From positions 434,001 through 498,000 of the forward strand of contig JAYWIR010000064.1 of assembly GCA_036172245.1 (NCBI GenBank): a stretch of DNA of 64,000 bases. Direction: 5' to 3'. The stretch comes from Raillietiella orientalis. Lineage: Eukaryota. Every line of letters starts with the position of its first letter. Positions within the stretch are counted from its first letter, which is position 1. The notes below the pieces were generated by a model that did not search any database, was not told the DNA's origin, and worked only from the letters and a program-made list of their open reading frames with translations. The position numbers and the translations under genes are program-made. Below, piece after piece: positions 33,871 to 46,200 of the stretch.

Positions 33871-36800
33871 CAAATTTAAAGGTCGATCCAACCCGCTGGT
33901 CAGCGAAATATCCAGTTGCAGTTGTCATGACGACACTTGATGTTTTCTCTTCTACCTAATCGAACTACGAGTTTTACTTTTTTTTCAGAGGAAAAGTTTA
34001 GTTTACCTCTCCTACCATACATGATTTATTATTTTTCACGTCACTGTAAAATAAGTATTGATCAAGGATCTCCAAACTCACGTGAAAAGTAGGTGACGGC
34101 GTTTAAATACACGTCAACATAGCACAATAAGAATATCGTGGAAAGTCTAGGCTTATCACCTATGTAGCGCCATGTTTATGGATGATTTTGGGTTTGAACC
34201 GAAGTGAAGAGCATGGTGTTTTAGGACCACTGGGTAGTGCGTTAAGCAACGGTCAGCGATGGGTCGCGGTGATTTCCATCACACAAACGAGAATGTTTCA
34301 AGATTTAAGAACCCGTGCGAGATAAAACAGCTTCAGAATACTTAGTAAACGAATGAGATTGTGGTATCCACCATTTCAAGCCAAATTCTAACTAGAACCA
34401 AGTCTTTTGCAATCATTTTTCATTGTGCAGTATGTTGCCAGTGAACATTCCGTCGTGTATGCAGAGTCATTAAGGTATACAAGAAGAGAGAAAGAAATGA
34501 AAGGGAATAATTTTTTTTAAAAGAGAGTGATATCAATAATATGAGTCGTTTGTTCCTTTCTTTCTTTCTTTTTAGATGCTTCATGTCATTCGTTTTGTTC
34601 TCCTTACACATTTTGACCTATTAGCAACATGTCTTATAATACATACCAAAATTTTTTCCCGTTGTCCTAGCAACTGTGTAAAGTTGAACCTTTTTTGCTT
34701 TTTGACGATCAAATTTCGTTGCTAATCGTGCTACTCCTGAGAAAAAGCTCGATGATTATTTCATTGCTATGAATCTATGTTCCAATGATTCCACGTTTGT
34801 TTGTAATGATGCAAATTTCCGAACTTTGGTCCATAAGAGTTGGTAATACTGTGCTCAACCGAGTTCATTTGGTTTCTGGTTAGCTGCACCGGTTAGGATA
34901 ACTCGTTGGAAATTAATAATTTAGATTTAGATGGCTGGCAGCGTGCTGGTTTTTAAAGGTTCATACGACTTTTTGATAGACCCAGTGGCGCTCTACGTTT
35001 ACAGATCTGTCCGTATTTGACTTCGGAGCATAGAGAAGGTCAGCCGGAAATGTGCTGTCCGCCTCCGTGTTCTCAGATGAAGATCGTGAAACGTCATGGT
35101 GTTGGTTTGCAAGCTTTGAGCATGCATCATGTTTTAAAGCAAATCTACCAAACCGGGAATTCCAAGAAAGCCCAAGTAGAAATGATCACCATTTCTAAAA
35201 ATGTTTTATGGAGAGAAAATGTTTTCTGATCCTAAATTGATGTTAATTTATCTATCTGCTTTTTTTTTTTTAATATCTTAATATGATAATAAGAAACAGA
35301 AAACAAGGTAATATTTCGATTATCTTCATAAGGGAAAATTCTCTATGCTTCATTAACTATGATGGGTGGAACACCGAAGAGTTTATAAATACGAAAATTC
35401 ATGGAGATTGCTTTCGTACTGTTAGTCATCAGTAGTTTAACTCCTTATCCAGAAGATTGAGAGCTTATTGCAAAAAATAATGAAAACCAAAGAAAGCAAA
35501 GCAGTGAGTAAGCAAGAAATAGGATAAGAAAGGAAATTGATCTTTTTTTTTTTTTCTCTCTCTCTGGAGGGAAGGGGGGATTCAGAATGCGGAACGAAAA
35601 ACCACGAGGAACCATAATTAACTGTTTTGTTTATTTATCTCCCCAAATTGCTAATGAGATGGACGCAGTAGCTTGCATGAATTTGGTCTGGGCGAATGAG
35701 AAAGAAGAAATTGTATAATAGGCTTCGTGAATAGTGTATTGTGCTCCTTATCTACTGCAGCACAGATAGCATTCCGACCAGCCACTCCTGCGAGCGGCTT
35801 GTTGGAATTTTTCCTCATTAGAAAGTGTGTTTCGTGTTTGACAAACGTGTGCAAGTCTTCGCCCCAGTGCGCGAAACTCGAGTGAATTCGGAAAAGGAGG
35901 AACCTGAGTTTGCAAGGACCATTGGTTGCTTCTCTATGTTCCAGGAAATCCCCGAATCCCACATTGGGAAGTTTTAAGTGAGCCACCCCCTATCAGCACC
36001 CCCGAATCGTAGAATGGATTTTTGATCAATTTCGTAATCGTCTGATTAGAGAACAACTCCAGCTCGATCCGGGTAGTCGGCATAATTTGTAAAGTGGAAA
36101 TTCAGATTTCTACTCTGAAGGGATGATCGAGCAGTCTTTGGATAGTCATGTAAATAGCTGAAACGTTTCCCTGAATGATAGTTGCAGGTTATATGGCACT
36201 GCACAGATACACTTCAGTAACAACAGCACCGTGGCAAAGAATGCTTGCAAATAGCCGAGAAGGTTGATCCACAGCGAGATAGAAGAACCAAGACGACTTA
36301 TAAACAAGCCGTTTCCTGAGGATGTTCTTAAGGAAAACAAATATGAATTGCACGATAACTATTTAAGACTAACACGAAAGACTCAAGGACAGAGTGGAAA
36401 CGGGCGGAACATTTACTGGTATCAATTCGGATCGCTTCTTTTGATGGATGTTTCTATTGGGGAACATTGGAGTGCAAGAGCAGGTCAAGCACTAAGCTGG
36501 AAACTCGGCGATAGAGTTGCGGTAAGTAAGCGTAAAAGGATTATCAGAACTGGAGAAATCGGCCTTAATTGAAAAACAGATGTACAGGAAATCAATGAAA
36601 TAAGCAAGATGACTGATGTTCAGATGCATCAAATGTTCGGAGATCCGACAGAACACAAATCCTAAGGGAAAACGACTTTTTGGATGCTTCCTCATGGTGC
36701 TTGTTTGCTGTGTTGTTCGAATCGTAAAGTGAAAGTTGCTGGCTGAGTCCGTAGTCAGTTGGCATAACTCCCTCGCCAGTCACGTCTTCTTGATAACCTC

Positions 36801-39800
36801 ATTAGTACCAAACTTTCGTTCACGAATGACACCACTGTTCAGGCACGGTTCATTGAACAAGAAGATGAGACTCTGATAGATCCTAATCCTCTCGGTATGT
36901 TGCCACATAGTCCAGCTCAGTGTCGTGATGGCTTCCGGTTTCTGCAAAATGAATGGTTCGGATTTACTGTGCATCTTGATAATCTTCTTTGGTTGAACTC
37001 CTTGCGCCTGTGCAGTTTTTGCAAAGTTGTGACGTGCGCCTCGGGAACTTCTGGTTGCCCCCTTCTCGATGCTTTCATGTTCTAGAAGACAGTCTGGTCC
37101 TAGAGTCGAGTAAACAAACCCCCTTCATGGATCCGCTAAGCGTTTTCTTGAGCCATGAATGTTCCTCACTGTTCAGCATCCAGCAAAAGCTCTATGGGAT
37201 CTCTGAGTTTGCTGCCATTCGAAAAATTATTTCGCATTCACAGAACCTTGCAGAATGTGCATTATCGGAGGGTCACATCTTCAGAAACAAGCATCTCAAC
37301 TAAGCTCCACTTGTGTTTGATGATTTTTGACTGAGAAGGGTTAAAAGCCGTGTGATGTCATTTCAAAAGTATGGTATCTCCTAATAGTCTTTCTTCGACT
37401 TTGACCAAAAGTGCAAAGTGAAATGAAGGTTGCGCTATCTCAAGTTGCAGAGCCACAATACCTCTAGATTAGAGCATTGCCGTGAGCATTCGAATCACCT
37501 TTGTCCTTAATCCCCCGTTCTATTATTTCTTTGCATATCTGTGCATATCCGTTCAAAGGTTGCCTAATGCGGATAGTTTGCAGTGCTCAATCGTTTTGTG
37601 TACAAAAACTATGGGTCACCAGGAGAAAATAGTGGAGGCACAAGTAAAACAGCGTATCGGCTGGCGTGTTCTTCATTAATGCTCATTAAAAGCTGAGTAC
37701 ACTAACAAGCTGATCGCGATATTGTATACGATTCTCTAGACAGGTTTTGGTTTCCAAATTCATTACTGCGTGTGTGAATCGTGTTACTGACGATGTCGAA
37801 CATTTTGAGTGCATAGGATCTCATCCTTTCTCCCTCGCGTGCTTTTTGCTTTTATTCTTTTTCAAAGGCACTGGAAACTACTACTGGTTACCATGCGCTG
37901 AAGGAACTTCGCCTTTGTCCGAGATGAATTTCCAAACCTCAATCGCGTTTTTCTCAACGGAGTCAGCATCTCTCCCATAGAGTCTTGTAACTCCTTTTTA
38001 CAAGCAAACGGATACTCCCAGGGGGAGTATTCATCGTACACAAACTCGACCTGTTTGTTCAGCATTTCATTTTAATTTTCCCATGCAAATTATTCTTTAT
38101 TTCAGCATACAGTGCGGATTCGTCTGTCGAACATCTTTAAAGCAAGCAATTTTGGAAAGAAAACAGATTCGAATAAGTGAAGTAATACAGCCACGTAGAC
38201 TTGAAGTCGAAAAAGAAACGTGAAACGAAATGCAATTGTTTCTGCCCACCGAATTTTCTTTAATTAATGAATGGTGTCATTGATAAAGCTTGACGAAACA
38301 GCGAATGACAAAGCTTGATTTCAAGAGGATGAGGCAGTTAACATGGTCCATATCGTGCTACGGAAATCATATGCATCCAGTAGCATCTGCGCTTCTCTCC
38401 GAGCAGTGGAATGCATCTACTGATTCGTTTAAAATCGGCTGCGCAAAGTTCTTGATAGGATTTCCTGTTCTCTTGGATAGATATCCATTTCACAGGAAGA
38501 ATAAATTAAGTAATACTCTTCGATACTGGGCAGTGACATTAGTGAGTCTTCTTGTTGGCTGTCTTAATACAATGTCAACATAAGTTCGTTTATTGAGTAT
38601 CACACCGACAGTCGTTGGGGAGCAAAGACATAAAAGTGGGATAATGGAAGTCAAGGTAAAGGAAAACAGACATTGGAACAACTTCTCGAAACCTAGAAAA
38701 CAAAGCCTGTTGAAATGGTGACAAAACACTCACCTAAAGATGAACTAAAGCTTGCAGTTGTGCACATTTGGTTTCGAGATTAATTAACTGGATTAAATTT
38801 GAAAAGAGCAATTCGGAAAGAGTTTCCTCAGGTTTCTAAGAGGTAGGGCAGACGAGCAGATGTAAATCCGTTTAAGGTAAATTGAAACCACGGTACCCAT
38901 GAGGAAGAAGACTTTCAGAGTGGTTGGCTTCTTCCGGAAGTCACAAATGCATTGTCAAGATGTATTCTGAGATCAAATGATGAATCCCTGAATTTGAACC
39001 AAAGCAGGAAGATTCTGAAAGGATAGCCCACTCAGAGTCAAAAAAAAAAAAAAAAGCATTGCACATTAGAAAGAAGAATAAGTATTCTCTAGGAGTGCAG
39101 AGTTTGCAGAAGTCATTGCAAAGCTATCAGTTCAGAATTTTTCCTTTTTTTCAGAAGTCACTGAACTTCGTGCAGGCGCACAAGGATCGAGACATGGCGA
39201 GAAAGGGCTGCTGACATACTACTCTTCGGCTGAAGAGGAGAATCGGGACTTCAGTTTCGATGTGAGGATACTGATAAATCGTATTCGAAGGGAATTCATT
39301 GCTTCCAAAGCGATGTGTCATGAACTCTGCAAAAACTGCTCCGAATGTTGGGAGGAAGGAAAGGATATAAATTAAACCATGATAAAAATATGCATAGAGG
39401 CACTGTTGGACGCATACGGATGGGAGCATACTTTGTGGTTCTCACGTTGTTAGACGAACATTTCTGAAAAGGACTTTCGACAGAGTAGTAAATCAGATAA
39501 GCGTTAAAAAAAAATCAGAAAGGTTATCCGTGGCACCATTCCCAAGAGGCTCACGACCGTAATTGTGACTCCACCTGTGAGATTGGGCTGCGACGTGATA
39601 GAGGAAGCGTGCACAGTCGAAATGCGCTCATACAATTACGCCCAACCCCTCGAATGAGCAGTTTCGATTTCCCCTGGGACAAGGCAACTGCGCGCATACA
39701 CTCCGCCGCAGAACACTCCGAGGCCTGTGTCATGGTTAAACAGGTATCCTGACCTCGTGCACGCGCGTGCCGGTGAGTGAGTCAGTTCGGACTTCAGCCC

Positions 39801-40299
39801 CTTGCTCGGGTCCCTTGTCATGAACCATATTCTCCGGCCTGGATTTACCGGGTTGCCTCAGGAGAGCTGCTTCTTGTCCGACAAATGCCTCATCGTTCAA
39901 GCCCTTTGCACCTCCTCCACCACCCACTCCACGAGCCGTATAGCAGTGTTTCCTGATCCTTCAGCTGTGAGTGCTATGGGACTCATTCTCCCTTCTCTCT
40001 TTATCCAGTCGAGAGAGCATTCTTTCCTTGAAGGAGCAAGGATCGATACAGCGGGGTGTAGCCTACCGGACTCATCTCTCCAAAACATCGATCGGCTGTA
40101 GACACAGGGCTTGCATCCACTAATGCTGTCTGCCAGCCGTCTTGAAATCTCGCGGTTGTCACAGGTCCCTTTCGTTAACACCTTTTCCTTAGCATAGGGG
40201 CTTTGACCTGCTCCACGGCAGTCCTTGCTCCGCTATTAAAGGTCATCGCATCCTTCCCCATTTGATCTCGGCTGCATTCTTCCTCGGAAGGACAATCCG

Positions 40300-43200
40300 G
40301 CCTACAAGAAACCGTTTCATGTTTTCTCTCTAACCTTCCCTTTTGCAGGGGAGCAGGTGGGTGGGACCAGGTCCGGTCCCTTTTGTTCTCCGGTGAGCGC
40401 GTGTTCTCTCCCTAAACAGCCCGGGTGTCCCTCTTGCGGCCTCCTCCTCTTCCTCCCATTTCCGGTTCTTCTCTCGATAAGAACGCCTCTCTTCATTCAT
40501 CAGCAAAACAGATGATTCGGGAAGAACGATACTGCCTCGACGTTTCCATTGCCACGGAGACAAGGCGGAAGGGATTGACAGTGTTCGGACGAGTAGATGG
40601 CGTCACGGGCACCTTCATTCGGCTGGGTCTCCGCGACGGGCCAAAATGGTAGCAGACTGGACGGGCAGACGACTTCGATCCGGCGCGCTCATTCGCCCCC
40701 TGGCGTTCCCGCCCGCCACGCTTTTGATTCATCTGTACCTGGGGAACTCGAAGAGACTTCCTGGAGATTTCAAGGAAGGCTCCCCCCCCCTCTCTCCTCT
40801 TCCTCCCTCCCTCTTTCTTCTTGTACTTTGCTTCTCATGCAGCTCCTCTTCCTCACGGCGGCGGCGGTGGCGAGGACGCGGGAGACCACGGACGCGCGGC
40901 GCCCGCGCCCGAGGCACGCCGTACATCCGGAGCTCTGCAAATGCCATCTGCCCACTAGTTCCCCCTCTTTCGCCTCCGCTTCCCGGGAGTCGCTTCCTCC
41001 CTCCTCTTCCCCCGCTCATTCCAGACAGCTATCTCCCTGCTCTTAGGCGGAGAGGGGAAACCCGCAGGGACGTGAGACTTTCCCCCTCCTCCTCCTTCCT
41101 TCCCGATCACGCGGCTCCCGCTGCCAAGGATCGCTGGCACCCTGTACACGGCGTGGCAAGACGGAAAGCGAACCGGGAAGGACTCGAAGGCATCTCTCCT
41201 TTTCCCCTGCAACTCTACTACCTGATCTGTTCCTCCCGCTTTCGCCTGGGAGGACCCCGCGCCGTATTTCGGAACCGACAGCTCCCTCTCGCAAAGAAGA
41301 GGAGACGCAAGAAAGCCTTGAGAGGAAGGTGGCGGTTGGAGTGCTCGTTCCTTTGGAGGAGGACTCCTGGACGAACCCATAAGCCATCGTTGCCAGAGCA
41401 GCTTTGCGCTCGTCGGGACCGAAACACTTCCTCCGGCTTCAGGACGCCGGGCGCATCCACCCTTCCCTCTCGAGCAGGCGCTGCAAAAGGCCGGAGCGCC
41501 AGGCGACTCCCTCCAAAGGTCCAGAGTGGCCCGTCCCTTCTCGCACCTTAGGGCGCGCATCCGATGCGTTCCGTGTCAACTTGCCTAGCGGAATCTCCTA
41601 CGCAACGGACATCCCGCAGAGGAGGGGAGGAGGAGGAGGACGTGAGCCAGCGGGGGCGCTAGGATCACTGACAAATGTGGTGCCGGGAGACGGCGGCGCG
41701 ACTAGGCACATGGGGAGACTCGGGATGGATGGATGGAGGGCGAAGAGGATGTTTCCAGAAGGAACTCCGGTTCGATGTCTGAGAGGAGGAGAACGTCATA
41801 TCTGGGCGCAGCACCGACAACCACACGGGGCCTCCTTCTGAGCTCTTCGCCTCTTCACTCTGCATCTTCCTTCACTGCTCGCCATGTGCGGCTCTTTCAG
41901 GAAGGCAAAAAGGGAGGGAGAAAGGAGGGGGAGGCATGCACCTCGAACGCTTCCTCCCCCCCCCGCGCTCTCTCAGGGGGTAGCAGGAGCGTCTCAGGAG
42001 CTTCCGTTTCGAAGGTCCTCTTCGGTCCATGGTGGTTAGGCTGGCATCCGTAGAGCCTCCCCCTTGCGGGTCCCGATGGGGAGCGAGAACGACCAGAGAG
42101 GCTAGTGCGCGCCCTGAAGCTGACCTTTCTCTCCTCATTGCATGGAGCTATGCATCCGAGTGAGACCCAGAGTGCATCCACTACGCTCTGCTCCCTGCAA
42201 CAAATCTGTACCACTTGAAACAAAACGCGTGGGTCGGGACGGCTGCACCCGCAGAGAGAGCAGCTTGCGTCTACAGCCCGCAGCTGCCTCGCCACCACAT
42301 CCGGCGAATCCACCCGGACCCAGGACCTACGTGCTCTCGTGGACACTCAGCGCTACCCGAGCTTTGCTCCCGGCGAAGGTCGTCTGCAGGTGTTTCGAGA
42401 ACAAGCGCGCGCCTCCACCACAGGCAGGGAGGAGACGAGGCATCACCGTCCCTGAGAATGGGCGGCGCAGCGAGCTGGAGACGTGCGCGCATTCGGGAAC
42501 GCCCTACCCGCCTTCCTCTCCCGCAGGCGCGTCTCTGGGAGCATGGGAGGAGAACGTTGCGTCCTAGGGCGGTTTCGTCCGGTAACAGAGCGGCGGCGGT
42601 ACAGCAGCCTTGTCGGTTCCCGATCCAGACCCAGACTTTTTTTTTTTTTTCTAAGCTGCGGATGCAGGCGTCCAGGACGACCATCGCAGCGGTCCTCTGC
42701 TCCGCCACATCCGAAGCCGTGCGAGACGCCACGGACGTGCAGACGGCGCAGTCTGCACGTCCGTGCACACCCATCGAGAGAGAGATTTCTCATTTCACCG
42801 AAGCTCGCGACGTGCGCTGCAGTGAGAGCGCCATCTTGTTTCTCCCTGGCGTTTCCTCCGATTTGGGTACGGTCCCTCGTTGCCCGCTGCTGCTGGCTGT
42901 CCTTCCCGTTTTTTTCCTTTCTTCAATTTGAATTTAACCGAGGAATTTAACGACCTCGAGAGGACTAATTAAAGGAACGCGCGAAGAGCCACACTGCAGC
43001 CGTGGAATCAATGGCGGACTGCAACCGCCGCCGGAACTTTTTGCTTCAGAGGCACGTTTGCAGTGCCCGCGGAGGGGCAGTCTGGTGCTCCCGTGTGTCT
43101 CCGGCTGGCAAAAATATACAGGTCAAGAAAGATAGGATTAGATGCCGCCGGAACACCGCGTACACTGGATGACAAACAGCCGGTTACACCTCTTTGGTAC
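40300..43200. promoter_or_regulatory. CpG/GC-rich island, likely regulatory or exonic part of an unidentified transcript
   Basis: Markedly high GC and CpG, GA/CT tracts, and strong plus-strand acceptors at 40348 and 40842. No recognisable protein in any long ORF. Confidence 0.45.
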
Positions 43201-46200
43201 CTTCGGAGGCGGGTGCGAGCAAGCATGTAACGTTGTATACACGAAAAGCGATAATATGTCGCTGCATAATACTGATCTCATACGTACATGATTACGTGTG
43301 ATAGAAAGTATGCTGATTATCATTATTTAGATATATATGCATACACACATGATTTGATTAACTTTAAAGCTCTTCGTTGTGTGGCATCGGTGTTAGGCAC
43401 TCTGAGATCGGTTCATACGAAGAGAGCCGAAGAAACAAAATTAAAAATGGAAATCTGCTTATCTTAAATCAAAGCAAATTTCTTTTTTTGGATGGAAGCT
43501 TGCGATCTCTATCATGACCTTTACTACGTTTGCTGATACGTTTTCGATACCATGGTTCCTCAAACAGAAATGCAATGCGACCATGCATCACACAGAGAAT
43601 GCCACTGATGCGAATGACGATCCGTGACACTTAGCTTCTAAAATCTATGCAGATTTTTTTTTGCACGGTCAAAACTGTTTCATTCCCTTATTCCATAGTC
43701 CTCGCCCAGTTTAGAAGGGATCGGGGAAGGCAGGCTCTCAGACGGGAGAGAATCTCCGGTCGCAGAACTGGAATGGAGAAGCACATGCAAGCTCTGAAGT
43801 GAGGTTCGGAGCCATTACGTTGTACCGCATATTGATCACAAAGGTCCATTTATTTCTTCCTCGTTTGCAACCACACACGGACGAATCACCGGCACAAAAG
43901 TGGTATTTCGCTCAGGCACACGTTGCAGAAGCAGACAGGATCGCCGGAAACTCGTCTGGCTCGCTGAACTGCTTAAGGCCGGACGGCTCTGGTTGTTTTC
44001 ATGTTCACTGGAGTTCCGTGACTGTGGAAGGGTCTTCGTGTGCATATGCGTTTTTCTTTCTTCCTTGCTTTCTCGATTTCTTCTTCCCCTCCCCCTTCCC
44101 TTCCTCCCCGCGTGCAGTTGATCCTAATGACAACCGAATTCGGTATTTTCGATTGAAGCTTCCGAGGACCGAAAGATTAAGGGAAGCCGTGCTACATGTG
44201 TCGGGAAGTTGGCCTCCACATCCAGGTTTCTTCCTCTGAGGACACGGCAGTGCCGCCACCCGGGTAACGGCACGAGTGTTCTTCAGTCCACGAAGACTCA
44301 CGGAAATGAGTTTCTGCTCGGAAACTCCACCCACTTCAATGGCAACCTGCTCTCACTCCAACACATTTCCGGGATCTGAGTTCACTTTCAGTGATCGAGT
44401 GTCCCTCCGATTTCTTCTAAGGCGATTTAACCCTTTGGGTGCGGAGCCCATCCGATGTTCCGTGTTGACGACGGCACGCGAGTCGCGGTCGGACGGAACG
44501 CTTCCTCGCGTGCCCTTATCGGGGGGTACCCGTCGACCACATAAAGTGCTGATTGTAATTGTTTTATTACACCACGTTAAATAAAATATCTGCATTCTCG
44601 TTTTTTTTTTTTTTTTTTCTTTTCTTCCAGAGAAGTGGCTCTCTGAAAAAAGCGAGAGCAGTCAGCCGGTGTAACTGGAATTTTGTTTACCGTCGTTGCT
44701 GAAGGAATTACGAGAACGCGAGTGTGTGTGTCCACCTCAAACACGAATCGTGTCCACTCGTGTCGCGAGGACAAGGTCACAGCATTTGGCCAAACGCATA
44801 GAAGAGCCCGTAGCACTCAAAGGGTTAATGGTTAGGATTTGTGTGGCATGGCGCGTTGCATTCTCAGAAGACTATCAGCCTCGGTGCAGCAAGCAAAAAA
44901 AAAGTCGGCTCTGCAATAACGCATGCATAAAAATGTGCCGCCATCAGTCTGCCCGCGTCATGTCTTAATGACTGAGCTCTGTGGGATACTTGGCTATTAT
45001 TGATTAATGGTTTTTCTATCGATGATTTGTTACTTGTAAATTCTGAAAGCTATCAACGGAACGATTTGATCAGTTGGATGTGTTTTCGAACGGAAAATTC
45101 TTCGTCCATTGAGCGTGGAGTTTTGACTGCATTCTCTCTATGCCACCAGAAATTCGCAACTTCTCCACTGCCGTCGTACTTTCGGACTTTTTTTTTACGT
45201 GCTCGGTTCCTTGCAGTGGCCCTTCCAAAGCCTCATCATAACCACCCTCGATATGTTGGTTCGTGAGTTGCCCCCGCCCCCTTCCTCCCTCTCTCATTAA
45301 ATCAATTTCCTATCTGTCGATTATTTGTCAGTTGCACCCCAAACAAAGACCAGACGTCGAGAAGACGTGTTTCAAGAAATGTGTGCCATCGTGAATGTTC
45401 GTCGTTGAGGATTCGACGAAAGATTCAGCCTTGATCGATCCAATCCGATTTCTTTGCTGGTTCTTTTTGGAAAAAAAAAAAAAAAAAAAATAGAAGGTAG
45501 CGTACACGTGGCTGCTTCCGATGCTCTGATCTAACGAACTATAATTTGAAAAATACTGTTTCTTGGTGCTCGGTCGATCAATCGGATCTGTGGCAGACGC
45601 TCCGTCACCATGATCTGTTAGTCGCCAGCAAATTGCTCTTCACCGCTCGCATGGTTGCTCTGCTTCACAGTGCTTTTATTTGTCTCAAACAGCTTCGACC
45701 ACGTGGTCTCCCTTTCATCGTCTGATCGTTCCGGTGGCTGTGGCTCGAGGCACCATTCTTCTCATATGCTTGAGAGATCGATAATTCCCTCCCCGTACTG
45801 CTAACCTCAGAACTGATAAAAGCGTTATATGCATAAGGAAGCCGAATACTTCATTTTTCTGATACTTTGGGAGAATCTGTTTATCTCATTTTCCGATTAC
45901 GATTGGAGGCTTCCTTCGAGATCATGAGCTTCGAATTCCTCATGCTAACTTGGTTAACTTGGCATAGCCTGTAAACTCCAATGCAGGAAAGCATCCTTGC
46001 ATCATTGCACTTCTGAGATTCAGCTCGGATCGCAGCTTTGAGATCAGCTGATTTTTCATGGTCATGAAAGCACTCGTGTGCTCCTGAAATGATTCAGGAA
46101 AACAATGTTCATGATAACAACGGAAAGTGGGAATGCTTCTTTGTGGCTTCAATGTATCCAGCACATCGTTGCTAAGAGATCGCAGATTACGAATGCCGAC

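Noticed and set aside
34225..34280. 5S rRNA-like TTAAGCAACG segment
   Set aside because: Only ~10 nt of similarity; no box C or 5S fold.
35600..37300. Possible RT remnant (minus-strand TVPEQWCHS...)
   Set aside because: Too degenerate to assign by eye.
40597..42950. Long overlapping ORFs (e.g. 40646-41551, 42215-42931)
   Set aside because: Arg/Pro/Ser-rich, open in several frames on both strands, no domain or codon bias: a by-product of high GC.
46029..46050. bantam-like TGAGATCA...GCTGATT
   Set aside because: The central part of the mature sequence is missing and there is no precursor hairpin.
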